A stretch of 64,000 bases of DNA from an uncultured Thermoleophilaceae bacterium (GTDB lineage: Bacteria > Actinomycetota > Thermoleophilia > Solirubrobacterales > Thermoleophilaceae), in assembly GCA_963761505.1 (NCBI GenBank), contig CAVXGW010000014.1, positions 94,449 to 158,448 on the forward strand. Reading direction: 5' to 3'. Shown piece by piece: positions 18,035 to 26,898 of this stretch. A model generated the notes under the pieces. That model was given only the letters and a program-made list of their open reading frames with translations, was not told where the DNA came from and searched no databases. A program made the translations under genes and the position numbers. Every line of letters begins with the position of its first letter. Position 1 is the stretch's first letter.

Positions 18035-19359
18035 TGGAGCTCCTGGCGCTGGGTGTCAGCCACAAGACCGCGCCCCTCGCCGTGCGCGAGCGCCTGGCGC
18101 TGCCCGAGGGCCGTGCCACCACCGTGCTCTCGGAGCTGCGCAGCCACGAGCCGGTGCACGAGGCGGTCGCCATCTCCACCTGCAACCGCACCGAGCTCTA
18201 CCTGGTTACGTCCGACGCCGTCGAGGCCGAGACCGCCGCGCTCACCGTGCTCGCGCGCCAGGCGGACATGCGCCCCACCGAGCTCACGGACTCGCTCTAC
18301 TCGTTCCACGACCACGAGGCCGTGAAGCACCTCTTCACCGTCGCGGCCGGCCTGGACTCGATGATCGTCGGGGAGGCCGAGGTCCAGGGCCAGGTGAAGC
18401 GCGCCTACGAGCTCGCGCTGGTCGAGGGGGCGACCGGCCCGGTGTCGAACCGGCTGTTCCGCGACGCGCTCGCCGCCGGGAAGCGGGTGCGCACCGAGAC
18501 CGGCGTGAGCCGCTCGCGCGTCTCCGTCTCCTCGGTGGCCGTGGAGCTCGCCGCGGGGATGCTCGGCGACCTCTCACAGCGGCGGGTGCTGGTGATCGGC
18601 GCGGGCGAGAACGGCGAGCTCACGGCCCAGGCGCTGCGCGAGAAGGGCGTGCACACCGTGTTCGTCGCCAACCGGCGCTACGACCGCGCGATCGGGCTGG
18701 CCGAGCGCTTCGGCGGCGCCGCCGTGCGCTTCGAGGACCTCCCGGCCGAGCTCGAGCGCGCCGACATCGTGGTGAGCTGCACGGCCTCGCCCCACCAGAT
18801 CTTCGGCCGCGAGGAGCTGGAGCTGGTCGTGGAGGCGCGCGGCCGGCGGCCGCTCGTGCTGATCGACATCGCGGTGCCGCGCGACATCGAGCCCAGCGTC
18901 CGCGACCTCTGCAGCGGCATCACCCTGTTCGACATGGACGACCTCCAGCGTGAGGTCGCCCGCAACCTCTCCGGGCGGGAGGCCGAGGCCGCCAAGGCCC
19001 GCACGCTGCTCGACGAGGAGGCCCTGCGCTTCGACCGCTGGCTGGACACCCTCGACGTGGTGCCCACGATCACGGCGCTGCGGGAGCGGGCGGAGGCGAT
19101 CGTCGCGAAGGTGCTGGCCGAGAACGACTCGCGCTGGGAGTCGCTGTCGGAGGCCGATCGCGAGCGCCTCGGCGTGATGGCGCGATCGATCGTGCAGCGG
19201 CTGCTGCACGAGCCGACGCTGCGGCTGAAGGGCGGCGAGGACGTCTACCCCCACCTGCACGCGCTGCGCGAGCTGTTCGACCTCGAGCCGGAGATGGGCG
19301 CGCCGCGCCCCGCCGAGGTCACCGACCTCGATTCTCGCCGCCGCAACCGCGGGCGTTGA
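18034..19359 (+). CDS. hemA: Glutamyl-tRNA reductase
   Basis: LLALGVSHKTAPLAVRE, ISTCNRTELYLV, VLVIGAGENGEL, full 441 aa. Confidence 0.92.
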   Translation: MELLALGVSHKTAPLAVRERLALPEGRATTVLSELRSHEPVHEAVAISTCNRTELYLVTSDAVEAETAALTVLARQADMRPTELTDSLYSFHDHEAVKHLFTVAAGLDSMIVGEAEVQGQVKRAYELALVEGATGPVSNRLFRDALAAGKRVRTETGVSRSRVSVSSVAVELAAGMLGDLSQRRVLVIGAGENGELTAQALREKGVHTVFVANRRYDRAIGLAERFGGAAVRFEDLPAELERADIVVSCTASPHQIFGREELELVVEARGRRPLVLIDIAVPRDIEPSVRDLCSGITLFDMDDLQREVARNLSGREAEAAKARTLLDEEALRFDRWLDTLDVVPTITALRERAEAIVAKVLAENDSRWESLSEADRERLGVMARSIVQRLLHEPTLRLKGGEDVYPHLHALRELFDLEPEMGAPRPAEVTDLDSRRRNRGR

Positions 19360-20219
19360 TCCGGCTCGGCACGCGCGGCAGCGCGCTGGCGCTGGCGCAG
19401 GCGGAGCTCGTGGCCTCGTCGCTGGGCGGCGGCGTGGAGATAGTGGAGATCACGACCAGCGGCGACCGGGGCCGCGGCGCGGGCGAGGACAAGGCCCGCT
19501 TCGTCAAGGAGATCGAGGACGCCCTGCTGCGCGATGAGATCGACCTGGCGGTGCACTCGGCGAAGGACGTGCCCGGGGAGCTGCCCGAGGGGCTCGCGAT
19601 TGCCGGGGTTCCGGAACGCGCCGACCCGCGTGACGCGCTGTGCGGCGCTGCCTCGATCGCCGAGCTGGACGAGGGCGCCCGGGTCGGGACCGCGAGCCTT
19701 CGGCGGCGCTCCCAGCTGCTGGCGCTGAGACCCGACCTGGACGTGCGCGACGTGCGCGGCAACGTGGACACCCGGCTCCGCAAGCTGGAGGCCGGCGACT
19801 ACGACGCCCTCGTGCTGGCGGCGGCGGGGCTGGCGCGCCTCGGCCGGTCCGAGGGCGAGCCGATCCCCGAGGCGGAGATGACGCCCGCGCCGGGCCAGGG
19901 TTGCCTGGCGCTGGAGATCCGCTCCGGCGACGACGAGGCCCGCGCCGCGGCGGAGCGCGTGACCGATCGCCGGGCGCTGGTGGAGCTGACGGCTGAGCGC
20001 GCGGCGGTGGTGGCCCTGGAGGCCACCTGCCACACGCCGGTGGGCGCGCGGGCGCGGCTGGAGGGGGACGAGCTGACGCTGGACGCCTACGCCGGCATGC
20101 CCGACGGCACGACCTGGGTGCGCGACCGCCAGGCGGGCGGGGCGTCCGCGCCCGCCCAGCTGGGCCTCTCGGTGGCCGAACGGATGCTCGCCGCGGGCGC
20201 CGCCGACGTGCTCTCCTAG
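19356..20219 (+). CDS. hemC: Hydroxymethylbilane synthase (porphobilinogen deaminase)
   Basis: IRLGTRGSALALAQA, DLAVHSAKDVP, RGNVDTRLRKL, PAPGQGCLALE; TTG start overlapping the hemA stop. Confidence 0.9.
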   Translation: MIRLGTRGSALALAQAELVASSLGGGVEIVEITTSGDRGRGAGEDKARFVKEIEDALLRDEIDLAVHSAKDVPGELPEGLAIAGVPERADPRDALCGAASIAELDEGARVGTASLRRRSQLLALRPDLDVRDVRGNVDTRLRKLEAGDYDALVLAAAGLARLGRSEGEPIPEAEMTPAPGQGCLALEIRSGDDEARAAAERVTDRRALVELTAERAAVVALEATCHTPVGARARLEGDELTLDAYAGMPDGTTWVRDRQAGGASAPAQLGLSVAERMLAAGAADVLS

Positions 20220-20231
20220 AGTCTCCTGCCG

Positions 20232-21698
20232 ATGGCGGGCATCGTGCACCTCGTGGGAGCCGGGCCGGGCGACCCCGGCCTGATGACGCGCCGCTCGCTG
20301 GAGTTGATCGCGTCAGCCGACGCGATCCTCTACGACCGCCTGATTCCCGCCGGCGCGCTGGACGGCGCCCGCGCCGACGCGGAGCTGGTCTACGTCGGCA
20401 AGGCGCCGGGCGACGCCGCGATGCCGCAGGAGGACATCAACGCCCGGCTGGTGGAGCTGGGCGCGGCCGGGAAGCACGTGGTGCGGCTCAAGGGCGGCGA
20501 CCCGTTCGTGTTCGGCCGCGGCGGCGAGGAGGCCGAGGCGCTGCGCGACGCCGGTGTGGCGTTCGAGGTGGTTCCGGGCGTGACCGCCGGTGTGGCCGCG
20601 CCGGCCTACGCGGGCATCCCCGTGACCCACCGCGACCTGTCCTCGGCGGTGGCGTTCGTGACCGGCCACGAGGATCCGGCCAAGGAGGAGAGCGCGCTGG
20701 ATTGGAACGCGCTGGCCCGCTTCCCCGGAACGCTCGTGCTCTACATGGGGGTTAAGAACCTGCCGCGGATCGCCGAGCGGCTGATCGCGGCGGGGCGCCC
20801 GGCCGACGAGCCGGCGGCGGTGGTCGAGCGCGGCACGCTGCCCGGCCAGCGGGCGGCGAGCGCGCCGCTCGAGCGAGATCGCCTCCCGCGTGGCGGACGA
20901 GGGCCTGCGCGCGCCCGCCATCACGGTGATCGGTCCCGCGGCCGGGCTGCGCGACACGCTCGCCTGGATCGAGTCGAGGCCGTTGTACGGCAAGGTGGTG
21001 GCCGTCACGCGGGCGCGGGCGCAGGCGAGCGGGCTGGCCGCGCGGCTCGCGGCGCTTGGCGCCGAGGTGATCGAGGCACCGGCGATCCGGATCGAGCCGC
21101 TTGCGTTCGAGCCGCCGGCGATCGGCGACTACGCGCTCGTGTGCTTCACCAGCCCCAACGGGGTGCGCCTGCTGCTGGACGCCGTCGGGCGGCGACGCGC
21201 GCGCGTTCGCGGGCGTGCTCGTGGCCGCCATCGGGCCCGGCACCGCGCGCGAGCTGGCCGCGCGGGGGATCAGCGCCGACGTGGTCCCGCCGCGGTCGGT
21301 CGCGGAATCGCTGGTCGAGGCGCTGGAGGGCGTGGACGGTGGAGGGGAAGCGGGTGCTGGTCGCCCGCGCCTCCGAGGCGCGGGACGTGCTGCCCGATGC
21401 CCTGCGCGAGCGCGGCGCGGAGGTGGATGTGCTGCCGCTGTACGAGACCGTCGCCGAGCCGCTCTCCGAGGAGCAGCGCGACGCGCTCGCCCGCGCCACC
21501 CACATCACGTTCACCTCCTCGTCCACCGTGCGCTTCTTCCTCGATTCCCACGGCGGGCCGCTGGAGGGCGCGCGCGTGGTCTCGATCGGGCCGGTCACCA
21601 GCGCGACCGCCCGCGAGCTGGGCCTGGAGGTGCACGTGGAGGCGGAGCGCCACGACATCGACGGGCTGGTGGACGCGCTCCTGGAGGACGCCCGATGA
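20232..21698 (+). pseudogene. Uroporphyrinogen-III C-methyltransferase / uroporphyrinogen-III synthase fusion (CobA-HemD); three +1 frame changes (about 20868, 21189, 21340)
   Basis: Frame 0: VHLVGAGPGDPGLMT...[13 protein letters not shown]...GTLPGQR. Frame 1: SEIASRVADEGLRAPAITVIGPAAGL...KVVAVTRARAQASGLAARL...FTSPNGVRLLLDAVG. Frame 2: GDARAFAGVLVAAIGPGTARELAARGISADVVP. Back to frame 0: GKRVLVARASEARDVLPDALRERGAEVDVLPLYETV...ITFTSSSTVRFF. Confidence 0.85.
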
Positions 21699-22495
21699 TC
21701 GTGACCCTGCTCACCGACTACGGCCGCGACGACGACTTCGTGGGCGTGTGCCACGGCGTGATCCGCGGCATCGCGCCGGACGCGCAGATCGTGGACATCA
21801 CGCACGGGATCCCGCGCTACGCCGTGCGCCACGGAGCGCTCGTTCTGCGCAACACGCTGCCCTACATGCCCGCGGGCGTGCACGTGGCCGTGGTGGACCC
21901 CCAGGTGGGCACCGAGCGCCGGGCGCTGGCGCTGGGGTGCGAGGACGGGCGCATCCTCGTCGGTCCGGACAACGGTCTGCTGTCGCTGGCCTGGGAGGCG
22001 TGCGGCGGCGTGGAGCTGGCGGTGGACGTGACGCGCTCGCCCCATCGCCTCGAGCCGGTCTCGGCCACGTTCCATGGCCGCGACGTGTTCTCCCCCGTTG
22101 CCGCCCACCTGGCGGCGGGCGCGGAGCTGGCCGATGCCGGCAGCCCGCTCGCCGCGGACGAGCTGGTGACGGTGGAGCTGCCCCAGGCCCGCAGCGACGG
22201 CGGCGACCTGGTGGCCCACGTGCTCACGCTCGACCGCTTCGGCAACGCGGGACTGAACGTGAGCCACGAGCAGATGGCGGGCACGGGCATCACGCTCGGC
22301 GGCACGGTGGAGATCGAGGCGGGGGACGAGCGCTACCTGGCCGCCTACGCCGCGACCTTCGCCGACGTCGGGCCGGGCGAGCTGATCGTCTACGAGGACG
22401 CCTACCGCTCGCTGGCGATCGCCATCAACCGCGGCGACGCGGGCGCCACGCTGGGGCTGAGCCCGGACGCCGAGGTGCGGCTGCGCCCGCGATGA
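21695..22495 (+). CDS. SAM hydrolase / SAM-dependent halogenase family protein (DUF62, S-adenosyl-L-methionine hydroxide adenosyltransferase-like)
   Basis: MIVTLLTDYGRDDDFVGVCHGVI, VHVAVVDPQVGTERRALA, LVGPDNGLLS, SATFHGRDVFSPVAAHL, LDRFGNAGLN. ATGA overlaps with the genes on both sides. Confidence 0.8.
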   Translation: MIVTLLTDYGRDDDFVGVCHGVIRGIAPDAQIVDITHGIPRYAVRHGALVLRNTLPYMPAGVHVAVVDPQVGTERRALALGCEDGRILVGPDNGLLSLAWEACGGVELAVDVTRSPHRLEPVSATFHGRDVFSPVAAHLAAGAELADAGSPLAADELVTVELPQARSDGGDLVAHVLTLDRFGNAGLNVSHEQMAGTGITLGGTVEIEAGDERYLAAYAATFADVGPGELIVYEDAYRSLAIAINRGDAGATLGLSPDAEVRLRPR

Positions 22496-23136
22496 TCGGC
22501 CGGCCGCGGGTGCATCACCGGCTGTGTGACTCGACCAACGAGCGGGCGAAGGAGCTGGCGCGCACGGGTGCCCCGCACGGCACGCTGGTCACCGCCGACG
22601 AGCAGACCGCGGGGCGCGGGCGCCAGGGGCGGGAGTGGGTGGCTCCGGCGCGGAGCGCCGTGCTGATGTCCGTGGTGCTGCGTGAGTTCGACGCGCTGCT
22701 GCCCCTGCGAGCGGCGGTGGCGGTCGCCGAGACGGCTGGCAGCGAGGAGATCAAGTGGCCCAACGACGTCTGGCTGGGTGGGCGCAAGGTGGCCGGGATC
22801 CTCGTGGAGGGGCGGCCCGCCGAGGGCTGGGCCGTGCTGGGGATCGGCCTGAACGTGGTGCCCGTCGAGTTCCCGGCGGAGCTGCGTCGCGGTGGCGCTG
22901 GATGACGGGCGCTCGGTGTCGGACGTGCTCCGGGACGCTACTGGTCTCCCTCGATCGCTGGCTTCGCGCCGACGACGTGCTGCCCGCCTGGCGGCAGCGG
23001 GACGCACTGGCGGGCGGAAGATCGGCTGCGTGGGGGGAGCGGGTGGCGTGGCCGCGGGTGTGGACGACTCCGGCGCTCTGCTGGTCGACACGGCTGACGG
23101 GCCGGGTGGCGCTCCAGGCCGGCGAGGTTCACCTGA
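22492..23136 (+). pseudogene. birA: Biotin--[acetyl-CoA-carboxylase] ligase BirA; at least 4 frame changes in its last 260 bp (about 22885, 22940, 23008, 23100); 3' end uncertain
   Basis: LCDSTNERAKELA, ADEQTAGRGRQGREW, IKWPNDVWLGGRKVAGILVE. The C-terminal pieces (LDDGRSVSDVL / LLVSLDRWLRADDVLPAWRQRDALAG / GRKIG..GVAAGVDDSGALLVDTADG / RVALQAGEVHL) alternate between frames. Confidence 0.8.
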
Positions 23137-23146
23137 GTTCTCTGAC

Positions 23147-23189
23147 GATTGGGGCCTTTGCCGCCTATACGGTGGTGAAAGCCCCAATC
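23147..23189. terminator. Long imperfect hairpin between convergent birA and the helicase gene (bidirectional terminator candidate)
   Basis: GATTGGGGC...GCCCCAATC perfect 9-bp outer stem. The inner CTTTGCCGCC / GGTGGTGAAAG pairs with G-U wobbles and one bulge. No U-tract. Confidence 0.5.
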
Positions 23190-23196
23190 GACGGCG

Positions 23197-25665
23197 CTAG
23201 GCCGCGTCCTCGGTCCGCGCCTGCGGCTGCTTCGCGCCGCCGTTGCTTCCCTGCTGCTGCTGCTTGGCGCCCGGATCCTTGCCGGAGCCACGCCCGCGGC
23301 GGCGGCGCCCACCGCGGCGGCGGCGGCCGCCCTTGGGGAAGTTGCGGAGCAGCTCGCGGGCCAGCGCCGAGGGCTTGCGCGCCATCCGCATCCGGGCGCC
23401 GTCGAGCACCTGCTGCGCCTCCGGCGTGTGCGCCAGCGCGGCGGCGAGCAGCGCGGCGGAGAGCCGGCGGTCCTGCTTCTTGGTGGCCTGCACCAGCCGG
23501 CGGGCGTTGCGCGCGTGCGCGCCGCCCGAGGAGTTCACCAGCAGCCCGAGCAGGCGCTTGGTCTCCGGCCAGCGCGACACCGCGTACTCCTCGTGGACCT
23601 CGCGGCTGTACTCGGCCAGGTGCCAGATCCAGCGGCTGGCCTGGTCGCGCCGGCCGATGGGACGCTCCGCCATCGCCTGGAGCAGCACCTTCACGCCCTC
23701 GCGGCGCTCGTCGCGTGACCAGCCGCCCACGATCTCCACGGCCTCGTCGAACGCCTCGGCGTCCCTGAGCTGGCCGACCTCGCCGAGCGCGCGTACGCGC
23801 AGCTGGCTGTTGCGGTTGCGCTGGAGGCAGGTGATGAGGAAGCGCCGGCGCAGCTCGCCGGTCGAGTCGAAGTGCAGCATCGCCTTGGCGCGGCGCCAGT
23901 TGTTCGACGCCACGCGCGCGCCGGCGAGCGCGGCCCACGCGTGCTGCTCGCCCCAGCTCAGGTGCTCAACGGCGATGCGCCACAGCTCGCGCTCGAACAC
24001 CTGGGCGCGGCGGTCCTCGTCGGCCGTGACCGGCAGCACGCGGCGCTCCACCCGCAGCCTGCGGCCGCGGCCGCGGCGCACCGGGCCGACCACGATCGCG
24101 CCGCCGCGGTAGACGTCGCGGTCGAGCAGCGAGTGCAGGGTGACCACCGGATCGTCGTTCGCGGTGGCGGGGTGCACGAAGTCGACGACGATGCCGGCCT
24201 CCTTGCCCTGCTGGCGGCGGGTCACGCGGCCCACGCGCTGCTGGTAGATCCGGCGCGAGGCGGTCGGGGCGAGGTGCATGCAGACCGTGGCGCGCGGTGA
24301 GTTCCAGCCCTCCGCCAGCAGCTGCGCGTTCACCAGCACGTCGAGCTCGCCGCGCTCGTAGGCGGCCAGCACGCGCGTGAGCTCGCGCTTGGGCGTCTCG
24401 CCGGACACCGCCTGGGCCTTGATCCCCTGCTCCTTGAACGCCGCCGCCACGTTGTGCGCGTGGCGGACGCCGGCGGAGTAGACCACGCCGGGGAGATCCC
24501 GGAAGCGCGTCTTGTAGAGGTCGGCGATGGCCAGGTTGAAGGGCGTCTGGTCCAGCAACGCGGCCAGCTCTTCCTGGTCGAAGTCCTGGTCCACCTCGCC
24601 GCGGCGCAGGGGCACCTTCGAGATCGAGCGAACGCCCACCCCGGGCGGGATGCGCACGCAGCGCAGCGGTGAGATCACGCCGCGGCGCGCGGCCTGCGCG
24701 AGGTCGAAGCGCGAGGTCTGGGTCGGGAAGAGGTCGGTCACGTGCCGGGCGATCAGCGCGCCCGTGGCGGTCATGCCGACGAAGATGGGGCCCTGCCACT
24801 GGCGGATCGCCGCGGAGGTCTTCTCGCCCAGCGCCGTGTGGGCCTCGTCGCAGATGACGATCGTGTACGCGTCGGAGACCTTGCCGGCGTTGCGCACGAA
24901 CCACTGGTAGGTCTCGACGGTTACCGGGCCCTCCGCGTTGGGGTCCTTGTCCTTTCCGAGCAGCAGCGGTGCCTGCACGCGGTTCTTGTAGCCGCGGTCG
25001 GCCAGCTCGCCGTTGAACTGGTCCACGAGGTTGCGGCGGTGGGTGAGGATCAGCACCCCGCCGGTCCGCGACGCCTCCGCGAATCCCAGCGCGGCCACCG
25101 TCTTGCCGGCACCGGTGGCGTGCTCGAACCAGAAGCGGCGGGTGGAGCTGGGATCCTCGGCGACCGCGTCCGCCGCGGCCTCCTCCTCGGCCTCCTCGGC
25201 GGCGTCCCAGTCCAGCGGCTCCTCGTCCTCGGACAGCTCGTCGTCGCCCTCGATCTCGACCTCGCCCGAGGGCAGCTCCTCGACCTTGCCGTTTCCGTTG
25301 CCGTTGCGCTCGGCGGCCGCCTGCACCTCGGCGGTCAGCGCGATCAGCGTGCCCGACAGCGCGTCGACCTGATGGGCCGAGAGCACGGTCCCGTCGGCCA
25401 GCTTCGGCTCCTCGTCGGAGAGGAGCCGCTCCAGCCCGAGCATCAGCGAGTACTCGCGCCGCCAGGCGACCGACGGATCCTCGCGCCCGGCGGCCAGCTC
25501 GTCGAGCGCGGCGTCCAGCGCGCGGCGACGGGCGGTGCCCGTGGCGAGCGCGGCCGCAGCGTCCTCTCCTTCGAGCACGAACGGCTCGCGTGCGAACTCT
25601 TCGGCGCGCCGAAGATCGTCGCCGGACACCGGCGCCGATTCAGCCAGGGAAGTGCTTTCAGCCAT
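23197..25665 (-). CDS. DEAD/DEAH-box (SF2, ResIII-type) helicase with a large C-terminal domain and basic tail
   Basis: Walker A ATGAGKTVAALGF, DEAH (VICDEAHT), GMTATG, QRVGRVTR. About 270-aa non-helicase C-terminal region ending KGGRRRRGGRRRRGRGSGKD. Start set at ATG 25665 (MAESTSL) with an AGAAGG RBS. Confidence 0.8.
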   Translation of the reverse strand: MAESTSLAESAPVSGDDLRRAEEFAREPFVLEGEDAAAALATGTARRRALDAALDELAAGREDPSVAWRREYSLMLGLERLLSDEEPKLADGTVLSAHQVDALSGTLIALTAEVQAAAERNGNGNGKVEELPSGEVEIEGDDELSEDEEPLDWDAAEEAEEEAAADAVAEDPSSTRRFWFEHATGAGKTVAALGFAEASRTGGVLILTHRRNLVDQFNGELADRGYKNRVQAPLLLGKDKDPNAEGPVTVETYQWFVRNAGKVSDAYTIVICDEAHTALGEKTSAAIRQWQGPIFVGMTATGALIARHVTDLFPTQTSRFDLAQAARRGVISPLRCVRIPPGVGVRSISKVPLRRGEVDQDFDQEELAALLDQTPFNLAIADLYKTRFRDLPGVVYSAGVRHAHNVAAAFKEQGIKAQAVSGETPKRELTRVLAAYERGELDVLVNAQLLAEGWNSPRATVCMHLAPTASRRIYQQRVGRVTRRQQGKEAGIVVDFVHPATANDDPVVTLHSLLDRDVYRGGAIVVGPVRRGRGRRLRVERRVLPVTADEDRRAQVFERELWRIAVEHLSWGEQHAWAALAGARVASNNWRRAKAMLHFDSTGELRRRFLITCLQRNRNSQLRVRALGEVGQLRDAEAFDEAVEIVGGWSRDERREGVKVLLQAMAERPIGRRDQASRWIWHLAEYSREVHEEYAVSRWPETKRLLGLLVNSSGGAHARNARRLVQATKKQDRRLSAALLAAALAHTPEAQQVLDGARMRMARKPSALARELLRNFPKGGRRRRGGRRRRGRGSGKDPGAKQQQQGSNGGAKQPQARTEDAA

Positions 25666-25862
25666 AGGGCCTTCTGTTTCGTGGGAAGGACGCGAGACGG
25701 GCTGCGGACCGCGACGACTCGAGAGGGCCTGCGCGGACGCAGCGGGTCCGCCGTCATTTCGTCGCCCGTATGCGTGTCCCGCGGGCGGCGTGGGGCGCCG
25801 TGCACCCATAGCGCGGCGTCCGTTGTATTACAGCACAAGAACGCCCCCACCGGTGGCCCCTT

Positions 25863-26439
25863 GTGTCTGCCACGCTTCCCCCAACCGTGCATAAGCTCAT
25901 CCCCACCGTGCTTTGCGCCGTGCTGCTCGCCGGTTGCGGAAGCGATGACCCCGAGAGCGCCGCCCCCGCGGCGGAGAAGCAGGAGGCCGCCCTCCAGGGG
26001 GCGCCGGCGCCGCTCGCGAAGCTCCACGCGCAGGCGAACGAGCTGCTCGGGGGCGGGCCGCGACGCCTTCGAGGCGCGGATCAAGGCGCTGAGGGGCTAT
26101 CCGGTGGTGGTGAACAAGTGGGCCTCGTGGTGCGGGCCCTGCCGCGCCGAGTTCCCGTTCTTCCAGAGCCAGGGGGTCAAGCGCGGCAAGCGGATCGCCT
26201 TCCTCGGCGTGGACGCCAACGACAACGACGACGACGCCGCGAAGTTCCTCACGGAGTTCCCGGTGAGCTTCCCGAGCTACACGGACGGGGATCTCAAGAT
26301 CTCCGCCGTGATCAAGGCGGTGCCGGCCTTCCCCTCCACCGCCTTCTATGACTCGAAGGGCGAGCTGGCCTACGTGAAGCAGGGCGGCTATTCATCCGAG
26401 GAGAAGCTGGTCGCGGACATCGAGCGTTACGCTCGCTGA
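25863..26439 (+). pseudogene. TlpA/ResA-like thiol:disulfide oxidoreductase lipoprotein; frame change near 26058
   Basis: Frame A: KLIPTVLCAVLLAGCGSDD (lipobox) ...AKLHAQANELLGGG. Frame B: DAFEARIKALRGYPVVVNKWASWCGPCRAEFP...FLGVDANDN...PSTAFYDSKGEL (thioredoxin fold, CxxC). Confidence 0.8.
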
Positions 26440-26499
26440 ATAGTTCGCGAGGCGCGCACCCAGGACGAGATCGAGGCCGCGCTGGCCCTGCGCCACCGC

Positions 26500-26862
26500 G
26501 TGTTCGTGGACGAGCAGGGCGTGGACCCGGCCGCCGACCGCGACGGCAGGGACGCCGAGGCGCTTCACCTGGTGGCCGTCGAGGAGGACAGGCTGGTGGG
26601 CACGTGCCGCGTGATCGTGGCCGCCGGGGTGGGGCGGCTGGGCCGGATGGCGGTCGAGCCCGAGCTGCGGGGCCGCGGACTGGGCGCGGCGATGCTCCAG
26701 GCGGCCGAGGAGGGGGCGGCTGCGCGGGGCGCCACCCGGATGCGCCTGCACGCGCAGGTGAGCGCGCGTTCGCTGTACGAGCGGGCCGGGTACGAGCCCG
26801 CGAGCGGCGTCTTCCTCGAGGAGGGGATCGAGCACGTGACCATGGAGAAGCCCCTTGCCTGA
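26500..26862 (+). CDS. GNAT family N-acetyltransferase (first canonical start; conserved N-terminus extends in frame back to 26440)
   Basis: RMAVEPELRGRGLGAAMLQAAEEGAAARGATRMRLHAQVSARSLYERAGY. The in-frame upstream codons IVREARTQDEIEAALALRHR begin with ATA directly after the tlpA-like TGA. Confidence 0.75.
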   Translation: MFVDEQGVDPAADRDGRDAEALHLVAVEEDRLVGTCRVIVAAGVGRLGRMAVEPELRGRGLGAAMLQAAEEGAAARGATRMRLHAQVSARSLYERAGYEPASGVFLEEGIEHVTMEKPLA

Positions 26863-26898
26863 GGCTCGCGGATCATCGACCCCCTGAGCGGGCTGCGC

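Noticed and set aside
20860-21345. Programmed ribosomal frameshifting as the explanation for the three +1 shifts in cobA/hemD, and for similar shifts in birA.
   Set aside because: There are no slippery heptamers or conserved stimulatory structures at the junctions. Multiple shifts per gene, scattered over many unrelated genes, are not how programmed frameshifting behaves.
26860-26862. The in-frame TGA between GNAT and the GalT-like gene as a selenocysteine codon or a programmed read-through site.
   Set aside because: The GNAT domain is complete before the stop, I could not see a SECIS-like hairpin immediately downstream, and the window has many other frame and stop anomalies. Sequence error or a non-canonical start is more likely. 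It is kept only as a low-interest finding.
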